Both the position numbers and the translations under genes were made by a program. Source: the human T2T-CHM13v2.0 reference genome, Homo sapiens. From it: a stretch of 64,000 nt of DNA. Positions 45,427 through 58,279 of the stretch are shown here, in pieces (the stretch's first letter is position 1; each line of letters starts with the position of its first letter). The notes beneath the pieces were generated by a model. That model saw only the letters and a program-made list of their open reading frames with translations, made no database searches and was not told the DNA's origin. Location: assembly GCF_009914755.1 (NCBI RefSeq), contig NC_060933.1; one strand, 5' to 3'.

Positions 45427-45904
45427 ATGGTAGGCATATTAATAGCCCCCTTAAGATCTCCCGTCTAAACCTCAGACTCTTTTATGAGGCAAAAGCGACT
45501 TTGCAGATGTGATGGAAGTTAAGGATCTGAGATCTTGTATTATCTAGTGGGCATAGTCTAATCATGATAGCCCTTAAAAGTGGAGAATTTTTCCCAGCAG
45601 CAGTCAGCGAGATGAGATGACAGAAAGGTAAGAAAGATGTGACATGAGGACTCAACCTGTTGTTGCTGGGTTTAGAGATGAAGGAGGGACGCCACTAGTC
45701 GAGGAATGTGGGCAGCCTTTAGAAGCCGAAAAGAGTAAGACATAGATCTCTCCTGGAGCCTGCAGGAAGAAATGCAGTCCTTCATTTTAGCCTAGTGACA
45801 CCTATTTTGGAATTTTGACTCACAGAATGGTAAGATAATAAATTTGTGTTTTGTAAGCCACTGAACTATGGTAATTTGTTAGGGCAGCAATAGAGAACGA
45901 ATAG
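45427..45904 (+). mobile_element. MLT1D/E-like MaLR solo LTR
   Basis: gactttgcagatgtgat...aggaatgtgggcagcctttagaagc...aagataataaatttgtgttttgtaagccact...ggtaatttgttagggcagcaatag. Confidence 0.82.
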
Positions 45905-48754
45905 TAAATGATTAAATTATCAAACATAATTACATTTAAAGCGTACAAAACTTAGATATATTTTCATTAAAAATTTAAATTAAATATAAAAATTTTGAAT
46001 GAAATTATTTTTATATATCTTTTCAAAAAAGTTTTCTTCTAATATTACATTTATCTAATATTTGATAATATTATCAAGCTTATCCAACATTAAAAGCAAA
46101 TTTACAAATTACAACATATAAATATGAAAATTTAAAGTTATTTAATTAAAGCTAAACTTAATTTTTTGGAAAAGTAATTCAATCTTAGTAAATATTTTCA
46201 TGGTAATAAAAGTTTTAGCAATTCCTGTGTTTTGTTTTCATCTAATTGCCAATACATAAATCATTACAACTAAGCCTATAGATATACATATATACAAATT
46301 TAAGACTAACATGGAATGCTTGATGTTGTAAAATGTCCTTAAACAACCATGTTTGATTTTACAAAACTGATTTAATTCAGAAGTACCTCTGGAACTATGA
46401 ATTGGAACATGAAGAGAAGCAAAAAAATAGATGCATGGTACTCCTGGGAAACTATACTTATTATGCAAGAATCTATTGCATTCATGTTATCTGAGAGGAA
46501 GGATCTGACAAGTTAATTAATTTGTCTTTTCTCTTACCTAAGTGCCTCTGTCACTCAAACACTCCCCACCATCTAAGGCAGTGCCTTTCTCTGATTTCAG
46601 TGGTGGTGCAACACACAAACCCTCACAGAATTCAGATGCACTTGCCTTTTGTTTTAGAATCACAGGGCAGGAGATGTGGGGATCATTTCTCCGGGGCCTG
46701 ACTGGTGTGAGTTATGGAAGCAGATATTTATGGTCGTGGGTCAAGTGGTGCCAGTGCTGAGTACTGCATCCCAAAAAAACAGAGACACCTGTGTGTTCCT
46801 AATACATTGATTTGTGTGAGTCTCTCATATGCCAGACACTCTAAAGAACAGGAAAGTGGCACCTCTTGCCTGGGTTTCAGGGCAGTACTGAACTTTGTAA
46901 CACACCATCAGATCTTCCAGGTTGTGAAGATTAATGACTAGCTTATGCTGCTAAAAGAATGTTTGTTTTCTTCAGAGTAGAGTTATATTACAAAGGGTCC
47001 ACTGAATTACCTTAGTACTAGAAATGCCAGCTCCAAAAAGGGTGCAAGGAAGCATTTAAGAAAACCCATGTCCTCATATCAGTAAGTATGACTCATTTTA
47101 CTGATATGTTTGTTTTTACTGTATTCCTTGGGTACTGTATTACCTGGGCTTATTACACATCATTACTTGTCCTGTTGGCTCTAAACTCTTATGATTAAAC
47201 TTTCTCCCCTCCCACCCCGGCCTTTCATAATTCACTCATTCTGTCTCGGACTTTTCTCTCGTGCCTACATTCTCTCTCCTGCAGTTGCACATTGGACATT
47301 TGCTACTGTTCTGCTACTGCCGCAGCTGCGTCTCTGCTGCCCAAGCTGTCCCCAACACTTCTCTCTGTGCTCTGGACTGACCTCACTCCTTGTCAGCTGG
47401 CTCACACCTCACAGGATTTACTTACTTTTTGTGTTGCACTGATTTTCATTGAGTTGAGAAGCAGGAGAGTCTCAAGAAGATCCTCAAGATCTAAGTTTTC
47501 ATCATAAAGTTCTTACCCAGTGGTAGAACTAAAGTGGGTGTTCAAGGTTTCTACAGCAGAAGCGAAAGCAAAGCGTTGTCCATAGGCAAGAAGCATCAAG
47601 TCCATCTGAGAGTCTTAGTGTAAATGATCAAGTCAGGAGTAATCACTAGCCCTGCTCCTCAAAGTACAGAGAGCACGTTAACAATTACTCATTATAAAGT
47701 CATACTTTATCATCTAGCATTTATTTAAACCAGACTTAGTGACATTATACATATAAAATATGAGGACTTTTGAAATATGGTAGGGATAGATTGTGACTGC
47801 AGTGCAGCCATCAGCAAGCGTCACTAATTTTAAAGACCCTCTTGGTGCCACCTGTCTCTAAATCTGCACACTCTGGCCACAAGTCCCCTCTGTACTGTGA
47901 AAGGAATGTTTTATGCCTTGCCAAACGTTCCTAGGAAGACTGTTAATAGTAAGCAACAAAAACCCGTTCTCTAGAATACCTCTAGGCTGTCTCTCTTAGA
48001 AGAGCTCCGCAGAAGTAAAAGCTTGCCTGCATTAGAATCCCAGAGCTGAGCAGCAGGCTGTCCTTTAACTCTTTACTACTCACTCTGTGTAAGATTTAGG
48101 AAAGGCATGCAAGGTAACGTGCCTTCAAATATTTGATCACCACAAAGGTGCACCCATGATTGCTGATGTTCCCAAATTGGCAATCTCATGAGATAAACTT
48201 AGTGGAAGGTTTTTTTAAAAATGAAAAAAAAAGAAACCAGTAAGTAAAAACTTCCTTTAAAAAAAAAAAAAAAAAAAAAGCCAGTTTGCAATTTCTTAAT
48301 TCTTTTTTTATTTTTACTGCCCCTTTTTCTGTCTTGCAACCTTACTAATACAACTACAGCCTAAAATATGAATGTTGTTTTTTTAAAAATGCCATTAAAA
48401 ACAAGTTAAACTGGGGAAAGTGAATGTGCTCTTCTAGGCCCAGGCTTTACCAAGACTTGCCCCCCGTTGTCTGTTTCTTTTTCAATAGCTGAGGCTATTT
48501 AATTCACATTTATGGACTCATCTCTAAGTTTCCAAGAATGATACTTTTGCAAACAGGATTTTTTTTTTTCTTTTTTAGATCTAGCTCAATAGTTTTAAAC
48601 TCTACTTGCATATGAAAAACAACAAAGTGAGCTCTCTCCCAGAACAATTAAGTCAGAATCTTTGGGGTGGTGTCAGAAAATCATTATTTTTAAAAGACCC
48701 TCCAGGTTCTTCTAACATTCCATCAGGATTAAACATCACTCTTCTATTCCAGAC

Positions 48755-48969
48755 CAGTGGCTACCCCTAACTAGGAGCAGTTTTTGTCCTCCAGGGGACA
48801 TTGGTTAATGTCTGGAGACAATTTTGGTTGTGAGAACTGGGAGTTTGCTACGGGCGTTTAGTAAATAGAGGCCAGGGCTGCGCTAAGCATCACACAATGC
48901 ATAGCACAGTCCCCCACAACAGAATTATCTGGCCCAAAATGTCAACAATGCCAAGGTTTAAAAATTCTG
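48755..48969. mobile_element. MER20 hAT-Charlie element
   Basis: ccaggggacattgg..aatgtctggagaca...agaggccaggg...cccccacaacagaattatctggcccaaaatgtcaa. Confidence 0.85.
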
Positions 48970-48994
48970 ATATAGCCTAACATCAAGACTCTGT

Positions 48995-49453
48995 GTCAGA
49001 AAAACAGACTTTGCATGTTCTTGTCATTTGTGGGAGCTAAAAAGTAAAATATTTGTACCCTTCAACCATCCCCACTTCCCCTCTTTCACCACTTCCACCC
49101 ACTCCTGGGTGGAGGGGATGGAGTGGGGTTGGTTGATGGGGGAAGTGGCGTTTGTTGATGTGGGAAGTGGGGTTGATTGATGAGTATAAAAATATATTTA
49201 GATGGAGTGACCCATAAGATCTAGTATTTGATAGCACAACAGAGTGACTACAGTACCATTATTTATAGATTTTAAAGTAACTAGAAAAGTATAATAGGAT
49301 TGTTCATAACACAAAGGATAAATGCTTGAGGTGATGGATACCCCATTTAACCCTGATATGATTATTATGCATTGTATGCCTGTATCAAAATATCTCATGT
49401 ACCTTATAAGTATATACACCTCATATGTACCTACAAAAATTAAAAATAAAATA
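48995..49453 (+). mobile_element. L1MA-type 3' end with an internal fold-back rearrangement
   Basis: catgttcttgtcatttgtgggagctaaaaa...aagatctagtatttgatagcacaacag...gtacctacaaaaattaaaaataaa. Confidence 0.85.
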
Positions 49454-50291
49454 ATTTTTGAAAGACTGTTTATGTAGTTACTCCTAAACTAATGCTATTG
49501 AGATTCTAATAGCATATTCCAGCTGTGATATTTGGATTCTGTATGAGCTTCAATTCCTACCACTACTTATCCCTAAACCTTAACATTTATTAGAAGAATG
49601 AAATATCTCCAAAAGGCTGACTGTCTTCTTGCTGTGTGGGTAGCTGAAGAATTATTGCTCTAAGTTGCCCATTACTGAACTCTGCCTATCTGTTGGGACA
49701 CAAATGTCACTACTTCTCAGACTTGCTGTTGCCAAATGTTTTTCTTCTCACAGGATTCTCAGTCCTGGATATTGATTCTGGTGTTTTGTTTTTCTTTCTG
49801 TGGTTACATTATTAAATAATGACAAAAACCCTTTCAGTGGCTTTATTTATAAATAGGAGATCACCTAAAATTCATGGAAAAATTGGCCTGCATTTGCAAG
49901 AAAAATTCTTCTGCAACGCAACTGTCAATAATGAAAATGCACAGTAGCAGGAAATTTATAAATGAGTAACTCAAGCATGCCATTGCCCCAGGAGACCTTC
50001 TTTGAGCAGACTGTATTAGAAACAGAATAAGTCAGAATAAGTTAGAATAAAAGAATACCTGGGAAAGGGAAGAATGAATGAATAGCAGCTCCTTGCAGGG
50101 TTAGAGATAGATGGGCAAAGACAAATATAAGAAGACACATAAACTTTAGTGTAGCATCACTTCCTGGAAGGATCCAGCCCTTTGTATGGTAAATACAGCA
50201 GAGAGAGCCATCCAAGCTCTCTGAATCCCTACCAAGGGCACCAGAAAGACCAAAGTCCATCTTTCTTAGTTTTTAGTCCTTGATGTGGAGG

Positions 50292-50501
50292 AGCACTGCC
50301 AGATTTAGCAAAGACAAATATAGCGCACCTAGTCACATTTACATTTCAGATAATCCATAAATACTTCCTTAAAAGTATATCCCTAACATTGCACGGGACA
50401 TACTTTTATTAAAAATTATTGTTTATTGAAAAATAACAAAAAAATTGTTTATTGAAAACTCAAATTTTATGGGGCATCTTATCTTTTATCTGGCAATCCT
50501 A
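50292..50501. mobile_element. MER53-like palindromic hAT MITE
   Basis: tgccagatttagcaaa...atttcagataa...tatccctaacattgcacgggacatac...tctggcaatccta; arms are near-inverted. Confidence 0.75.
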
Positions 50502-51451
50502 ATCTGGGATTTCCTTCCAGGCAGAAATGAGGAGTAGACACAATAGGATAACATGGAACTGCAACTATCTTATTTATTACCTACTACTGACTTAACAGTT
50601 GACAGAAGAAGTAACAAGTGAGCGGTACCCAGAGGCTCTCAAATGCTCATCCACAGTCTCTTTCAAATCTCATGCTTAAGATGATCATTATATGACCTTC
50701 ATATCCTTTCTCTTCATGATACAATTCTGCACAGCTCAAACCTCTTGAAAATGTCTATCCAGGTAGCCCCATCCCACGACCATGTAAAGCTAACCAGACC
50801 TAAAATGGTCTTACCTCTATTTACTCTATTTGCATGAGTTTTTTCTCCTTCATCGCAATGCCATTTCCATAATGTGGGAAACATTGCAAGGCTAACCAGG
50901 AATGGATACGTAAAGAAGAGGTTTGACAGAGATTTTTAATTCTACTTCTTAAGATTCCTCTTGTGTTCTTGGCCCTTCTTACTCTAGTAGTCAAAAGAAT
51001 GTAAAGCATTCTCTAGTCCTATTTCCTTTCCTTGTTTGTTTTCTCTCTGTCTCCATCAGCTATGAATTTTCCTCAAGTTCTGTGTCCCCTTAATTTATTG
51101 ACTTAATTTCATGTCTTTTTGTCTTCCTCCTGTTTCAGAGATTTTCTTTTTGTTCAGGGCTCTGTACTCAACAAACACAGTTGATGGGCACACGAAGCCA
51201 ATGAGACAGCACTGTTATCAGTGTTAAGCAGAAGGCATTCTCTAGGATAGACAAAGGTTAATTTTAATGGACTCTTATAATTAGAAGTTTATGGTTTTAC
51301 CTATTTTATATGACCCTAGCATTTCTGCACAGCAGTAATTTATTTTTCTGAGGCAGGAACTTTGGTCATGAGTACTGCCAGGCTTGTAGACAAGTATATA
51401 TAGTTAGTGAGTAAGCTGACTCCTCAGAAACTGAATGTCAGTACTGTCGTG

Positions 51452-52230
51452 CTCACTCATTCAACATGCAGCATTCTAGTCCTGGAGATTCGGAGGTGAA
51501 CATGCCTTGCCCTCATAGAGGAGACAGATAATAAAACAAGAAAATAAGAGGAAATTTTTACTCTCAGTTGGTAATAAGTACCATGAAGAAAAATAAGGTG
51601 GAGTGAGGGATACATGTATATTATGATGAGAGGGAGGGTGCATTTTAAACATTTAAAAATATTGGTTAAAAAAGAGTTTTCTAAGGAGGTTGCACTTGAC
51701 AGAGACTGCACTGAAGAGAAGGAGGAAGCCATATTGCTGTCTGGGGGAACACAAAATGCAAATGCTGGAGCTCAAGAAACAGCAAGAAGGCTGTAGAGTC
51801 TGAAGGGGATGATGAAGGAGGGTGGTACATGAGTCAGAGAACAGGGCTAGATGATATAGGGGCTGGTAGCCCATGAAAGGTGTGTTGTGGCGGCTGCTGG
51901 AGATTTTGAGCAGGAGAATCACAGGTTCTAAATTAAAAATTTCAAACATCACTCTGGCTACTGTGTAGAGCATTGACACTTGTAAGGCAAGCGTGAAGCA
52001 GGGAGAGCAGCCAGGAGTCTATTGAAACAAGAGGGCCAAAGAAGATGTTGGCTTGAACAAAGGAGGTAATGGTGGAGGTGGTGATAGATACTTGGATCAC
52101 TCTATAATTGAGTGAACAGTATCAGGTTATAGAGGAATCAAGGATGAGGTCTAGGATTTTTACCTGAGCAACTGGATGAATAAGGTGCCATTTACTGAGA
52201 TGGAGAAGACAAGGGTGGAAACAGCTTTTT
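51452..52230 (-). mobile_element. L2a-like LINE fragment
   Basis: cactcattcaac...gccctcatagag...ttttgagcaggaga...aggatgaggtctaggatttttacctgagcaactgg...gccatttactgagatgg. Confidence 0.75.
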
Positions 52231-52554
52231 AATGTGTTTTTTGAATATTTTTTTGAAGCAATCTCTCAAATTTACAAAATAATTGTGAGTCTAATACAAA
52301 TAACTTTTTGCAGAACCATTTGAAAGTTGCCAACCTGATGCCCCATCACCTTTGTACACTTTAGTGTTTATGTCCTAATAACAAGGATAGTCTCCTACAT
52401 AATTGCAAAGCAGCCATCAAAATCAGGAAAATAACACTAATTTGTTTCTACCTTCTAATTCTCAGACCACGTTCAAGTTTTTCTTATTATCCCAATAACA
52501 TCCACAAAGATCCCATTCAGAATCATATATTGCATTGGTTTATAACATTTCTTT

Positions 52555-52849
52555 CTTTTTTTTTTTGGTTGAGATGGAGTCTTGGTCTGTTGCCCAGGAT
52601 GGAGTGCAGTGGCGCGATCTCAGCTCACTGCAAGTCCGAGGTTCAAGCGATTCTCCTGCCTCAGCCTCCCGAGTAGCTGGAATTACAGGCACCCACCACC
52701 ATGCCGGGCTAATTTTTGTACTTTTTTTTAGTACAGACGAGGTTTCACCACGTTGGCCAGGCTAGTCTCGAACTCCTGACCTCAGGTGATCTGCCCGCCT
52801 TGGCCTCCCAAAGTGCTGGGATTACAGGCGTGAGCCACCCAGTCTGGCG
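52555..52849 (-). mobile_element. AluSx-like
   Basis: Alu dimer with acctcaggtgatctgccc; TSD tataacatttcttt / tgtaacgtttcttt. Confidence 0.95.
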
Positions 52850-52912
52850 TGTAACGTTTCTTTGGCCTCCTCTACTGTGGAGTAATTTCTCAACCTTTCA
52901 TGGACTTTCATG

Positions 52913-52967
52913 ACTACGTTAGCTTTCTATGCTGCATAACAAATTACCACAAACTTACCAACTTGAA

Positions 52968-52998
<31 letters not shown>

Positions 52999-53525
52999 CA
53001 CACACACACATATTTATTATCTGTTTCCGGGGATCAGGAGTCTAGGCATGTCTTAGCTTGCTTCTCTGCTTCAGAGTTTCATCAGGAGGCAATCCACAGG
53101 TCAGCCAGTGCTGCGGTTTCACCAGAGGCTTGACGGGAAAGATCTGCTTCTAAGCTCCCTTAGGTTGTTGGCAAAATGTATTTCTTTGATGCTGTAAGAC
53201 TGAGGCTTCAGTTTCTTGCTGGAGATCACTCTCAGCTACTAGAGGCTGCCTGCAGTTCATTGTCATGTGAACCTCTCCAACATGACCACTTAACTTTATG
53301 GCAATTCACATCTTCAAGGACAGTGAGGTGGAGTCTTTCTAGCATCTCTGCTAGCAAGAGGGAATCTTAAATATGCCATAATGTAATGATGGGACTGATA
53401 TCCCATCAACTTTCCCATATCTTACTGGTTAAAAGTAAGTAATTAAAAGTTTGTTAAAAGTGGGTAGGTTCTGCCCAACTCAAGGGAAGGGATTATTGGT
53501 GTTCCTAGCGGTCTGTCTTCCACTA
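52913..53525 (-). mobile_element. MLT1 (E/F-like) MaLR LTR
   Basis: ttagctttctatgctgcataacaaattaccacaaactt...tcaggagtctaggcatg...ggttgttggcaaaat...gtctgtcttccacta. Confidence 0.7.
52968..53010. repeat. (CA)n microsatellite, interrupted
   Basis: acacacac...cggacacacacacaca. Confidence 0.95.
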
Positions 53526-55680
53526 TTTGTCACTTTTGAAGATTATTCCTTTGTGGAATGTTCCTCAGTTTGTGTTTTTGTGGAATGTTTTAAAATTTGG
53601 GTTTGTCTGTTGTTTCCTCATGATTATAATCAAGAATCTTTTCCGAGAATATCACAGAAATAATGTATTATTATCATCACATCATATCTAGTGGCTCATG
53701 ATTTCAATTTGCCCTATTAGTTGTGTTCATTTTGATCATTTGAATTAAGTATCTGCCAGGACTTCTGTAAAGTTATAATTTTCCTTTTTGTAATTAATAA
53801 ATGTTTTTGTGAAGAGGTACTTTAAAACCATGTAAATTTCCCGTTCCTCATCACAGCTTTTATTTATCTGTTTATATATTCAGCATGGACTCATGGTTTC
53901 TTTTTAAATTCAAGATTATATGTATTACCGTAATTATTTTAATGTTCAAATTATCCCTAATTTATCCAGTGGAAGTCCCTTTAGGATGGATTATGTGTAC
54001 TTTTGACACAGTTCTATAATTCTTTGAGCACTTCCTTACTTCCTGGAGCAATAAGATTCACCAGGCTCACGTACTTTCTCCTTGCCCAATCCTGAAATCA
54101 CTCATTATGCCGAGAGTCCTGACCAGCAGAGAAAGGTATTTAGAAGCCAAGTTTTGGAGACCAGTTGTTCTCATTGCAGTCTTACTACTCTGAAGCCCTT
54201 TTGGTGGACAGAGGTAGGGAATATTTGTCTGTCTGTCTGCCTATCTATCCTCACATTAACATCTATATTTCCATAACTATCTATATTGAAAACAATGAGT
54301 TTGCACCTATACCTCAAATTTCAATCCAATGCCACAAAGTTTATTCTAGTTTTTTCTTTTCCATATTTGTAACTGCCTTCTCCAACAGTGAGAAACCTGA
54401 CTCTCATTAGCCTTATATAACACTTAATCAATAGTCCTGGATGTGATGAATCTCCCTTTGCCACTGCAATCTCCCATAGGATACCCTCCTTACCCTACGC
54501 TGGCTCAGACATCCCTAGTTGGGCTGCTTTTACCCCTCCCACACAGTACCCTCTCTCCTAACAGTGAGTTCCTTCTTCAACTTCCCCATGCTTCCACAAT
54601 CCGATCTGAGCCATATCACTGCACTACCATGCTTGTGTTATGACACCTCAAAGCAGGTGTGTGTTTGTTTTTTAATCAAGCCTTTATTCTCTGTTACTGT
54701 TTGCAACTCTCAAAACGTGGCACAGCATTTTTTTTCTTTGTGTAAATAGCTGCCCGTTTTCTTATAACATCCTCTGAGTATTAAGATCTGCTATATTTGT
54801 TGATTAATGGTGTAAATAAAATCAAGGCCATAAGAGAAACCATGAGAGGCAACTATCCAATGACACCATTAAGATGTGCATTCTGTGGCTCAGATTTGTT
54901 TATTGATATTATGAAATATTCTTGAAAATATAGGGAGAAGAGAACAAAAGTTACAAAGGATAAACAGTCGTCTTAATAGTATTCAGCTCCAAGAAAGAAA
55001 AGATGCAAGGAATACGCTGAGATGAAGTTTGGATTGAATTCTACGTTTGTAAAATGATAATATGCTTTTTGCTAGAAAACAACAAAGCTCTTTAAGAAAA
55101 TTAGTAATTGGGGGTCTTTAAGTATTCAGAAGTGTGAGAACTGTGATGCTTGATGGTGATGCATACTGCAGAATTCTCTGTGGGTTATAAAGCCAATTTC
55201 TTCAAGAGGCACTGCAGCTGAAGGCTGCCAAGGGAAAAATATATTTGAGATTTAAGGTGGATCTTTTGTTCAAAAGTGTACAAAAAAGTAAAAAGTTTAA
55301 GAAACAGGCAAATTTTGTTGTCAGCCATTTTATGCTTGTGCTTATCTTCTGTAGCCAAGTTTCAAGAGGAGAAATATAAACAAAGCAAGATCCCTACTTC
55401 ATTTGATTATAAAACATGGTGCAAATTTAAGATTTCATGTTGGAAAAGTATTTTCAGTTGTTGTAAGGACACTTTTCTTTTCTTCTCCAAATTTTCTAAC
55501 TTGACCAAAATATACCTTTAAATAAGAATTATTTCTCCTTATCAAAAACAATTGCAGAACTAGAAATACTTTAGGCTGTTAGTTCCAGGATGCATCTGGT
55601 ATTATCTGCATGTATACCTCTTGCAACATGGAGACAAGGCTACAGGATCAGCCACAACTGAGGAAATGAAACTAGTTAGA

Positions 55681-55875
55681 CCGGTGGTTCCCAGATTGTG
55701 GTCCCCAGACAGTAACATCAGCTTTACCTGGGAACTTAGTAGTGCAAATTCTCTAGCCCCACTTCAGAGCTACAGAACCAGGAACTCCAAAAGTGGGGGA
55801 GGGGGGACATAATCATGTTTTAATAAGTTCCTCTGATGATTCTGATGATGCACCCTCAGGTTTGAGAACCGCTGA
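55681..55875. mobile_element. MER5A MITE
   Basis: gtggttccca..tgtggtccccagacag..catcagc..acctgggaactt...tgattctgatg...gtttgagaaccgctg. Confidence 0.75.
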
Positions 55876-56241
55876 GTTAGGCTAGCTACTGTTGGCAAAT
55901 ATTGGATTCAATAAACTGTCCTGCACCCTCACTTGCTCTTCTGAACACTAGTGCTTTCTGTAGCTTCTTGTCACCATGAGATCTACTAAATTCTGAAAAC
56001 ATAACTTTTTCTAGTGTGTTAAAAAACACTTTTTCACACTTTCTTCTCTTCTCAGACATAGCCTATATGTTGCTTAATACAAAAACTGATATATAGTAAC
56101 TACTCAATAATTACTAGTTCCCCTTCTCTTGTTCCTCAGATATTTGCTTGTTATTTATTAACTGAAAGAGATGGAGACAAAATACTGGTATCCCTAAAAC
56201 ATTTAAAGGTAAATTCAGTAAGTGCATTGATAATTATTCTT

Positions 56242-56545
56242 TTTTTTTTTTTTTTTTTTTTTTTGAGACGGAGTCTTGCTCTGTCGCCAAGGCTGGAGTG
56301 AAGTGGCACCATCTCGGCTCACTGTGAGCTCTGCCTCCTGGGTTCACGCCATTCTCTTGCCTCAGCCTCCCGAGTAGCTGGGACTACAGGCACCCGTCAC
56401 CACTCCCGGGTAATTTTTTGTATTTTTAGTAGAGACGGGGTTTCACCGTGTTAGCCAGGATGGTCTTGATCTGCTGACCTTGTGATCCGCCCGCCTCGGC
56501 CTCTCAAGGTGCTGGCATTACAGGCGTGAGCCACCGTGCCTGGCC
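56242..56545 (-). mobile_element. AluY
   Basis: Long poly-T and AluY-type positions; TSD ataattattctt at 56230-56241 and 56547-56558. Confidence 0.96.
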
Positions 56546-56615
56546 AATAATTATTCTTGACACAAACTATACTCTTATGTTTAACACATGAAATATGACA
56601 ATATTTTCTAAAAGC

Positions 56616-57039
56616 TGTGGAAGTTAGAAGAATCAAAATGAAGTCAACTGTGCTAAAAAAAAAAAATCCTAACAAATAGAGCTGGGGAAGGCCTCAAAGA
56701 GAGAGGTTCTCATGCATAAATGTCTCATAACAAAAACTATCACAAAAGACTCTACAAGAACCACAACCTTGCACAAAGGCCATCACAACCTTACACAAAA
56801 AGTACTTCTGCAGAGTCTGCCCTGCAACTGCCTATCCAACCTTGGACTAGCATCACCCTTCTTATTGAACCAGGTAGTCAGGGATAATTATCTCAAAACA
56901 TTATATAATCCTCTTCATTTTTCCTTTAAAAACCTTTGTCTTCCTTTACCTTCCTGAATATGTACATAGTTTACTATGGCATGCATAGATTATCACTTTC
57001 TTCTACAGAGCCTCATTCTGTTTGCCATTTAGGTTGACA
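56616..57039 (+). mobile_element. MER65A-like solo LTR (ERV1)
   Basis: TGTGGAAGTT..gaatcaaaatg...ccacaaccttgcacaaaggccatcacaaccttacac...atttaggttgACA; TSD aagc/gagc. Confidence 0.82.
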
Positions 57040-57723
57040 GAGCAAAGCAAATTAAACATATTCCTTATCTTTCTAAACAAATAACCTATCTTTTATTTTA
57101 TATCAATAGTGAATTAAAAACTAGGATTACAAATAAATCTTATTGTTTCCTGATATTTCTATATTTTCTCCTTAAAAGCAAAAATTAAATATCAGTGTCC
57201 TCATTATCATTTAAAAACATTTCCAGCAGTTTCCATTTTTTCGTTAGGAAATATCCATGTGAAAGTTGTGGATGTCTACAAGGCGTTCCTCCTGGGCTTC
57301 ATTTTTTTAGGGCCTGCATCCTTTGAATGACCCCCATTTTAGTCAAATGTCAATAATACGATTTAGTGGCTACTTGCTGAGGAAGGGTCTCAGAGATGAA
57401 TGAGAATACCCATGTTTTGCTTATCTCAAAAAAATTTGAATTGTACCAGTGTTTTTCCTCAGATTATCCAGCAATGATTTTCAGACTTAGGTCTCTGCAA
57501 AAATCATCTCATGATCTTGTTTAAAGATTTAGAATTCACCTCTCCAGATGATTGATATAGTGGTCTAGGGTGGAATCAGAGGAAAAATATGTATTTTCAA
57601 CTAGCACTCAAGTATTTTGTGCAGGTTGTCAGAGATCACACACTGAGAAAAAATAGATTGGGTCCCTCCCTTGATTCTGTACCCATTTGCTTAAGTGTTG
57701 GTATAATAGAGCATGTTGCCAGT

Positions 57724-58185
57724 TGTGATGGTTAATGCTGAGTGTCAACTTGATTAGACTGAAGGATACAAAGTACTGATCCTGTGTCTGTCTCTGAGGG
57801 TGTTGCCAAAGGAGATTAATATTTGAGTCAGTGGGCTGGGAAACATAGACCCACCCTTAATCTGGATGGGCACAATCTAATCAGCTTCCAGTGCAGCTGG
57901 AATATCAGCAGGCAGAAAAATGTGAAAAGAGAGACTGGCCTAGCCTCCCAGCCTACATCTTTCTCGCATGTTGGATACTTCCTGCCCTCAAACATCGGAC
58001 TTCAAGTTCTTCAGTTCTGGAACTTGGACTGGCTCTCCTTGTTCCTTAGCCTGCAGAGGGCCTATTGTGGGACCTTGTGATCATGTGAGTTAGTACTTAA
58101 TAAACTCCCATATATATATATATATATATAAAATCTAACTAATCTCCTATTAGTTCTGTCTCTCTAGGGAGCCCTGACTAATACA
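57724..58185 (+). mobile_element. 5' LTR, MLT2A1-like
   Basis: TGTGATGGTTAAT...aataaactccc(TA)n...ccctgactaatACA; ~460-bp length fits MLT2A1 better than the longer MLT2A2. Confidence 0.88.
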
Positions 58186-58190
58186 GATAT

Positions 58191-58206
58191 TGGTGCCAGG
58201 AGTGGT
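58191..58206 (+). promoter_or_regulatory. primer-binding site (tRNA-Leu type)
   Basis: tggtgccaggagtggt 5 nt after the LTR, close to the HERV-L PBS TGGTACCAGGAGTGG. Confidence 0.75.
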
Positions 58207-58279
58207 TCTAGAGAAACAGAATATTAAGGATGGAGTTCTTTTGTTGGTTTTGGGGTTTCTGGAGTTAGCTGCTTAATAT

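Larger units (their letters stand above)
52240..54420 (-). mobile_element. old L1MC-like 3' region interrupted by an Alu and an MLT1
   Basis: tgatgccccatcacc...aacaaggatagtctcctacataa...atcaaaatcaggaaa; resumes at 53530 with gtggaatgttcctcagttt...ttttgatcattt; approximate. Confidence 0.55.

Noticed and set aside
47834-47853. Possible CTCF site (tggcaccaagagggtct on the minus strand)
   Set aside because: Several mismatches at core positions; cannot be supported without PWM scoring or ChIP data
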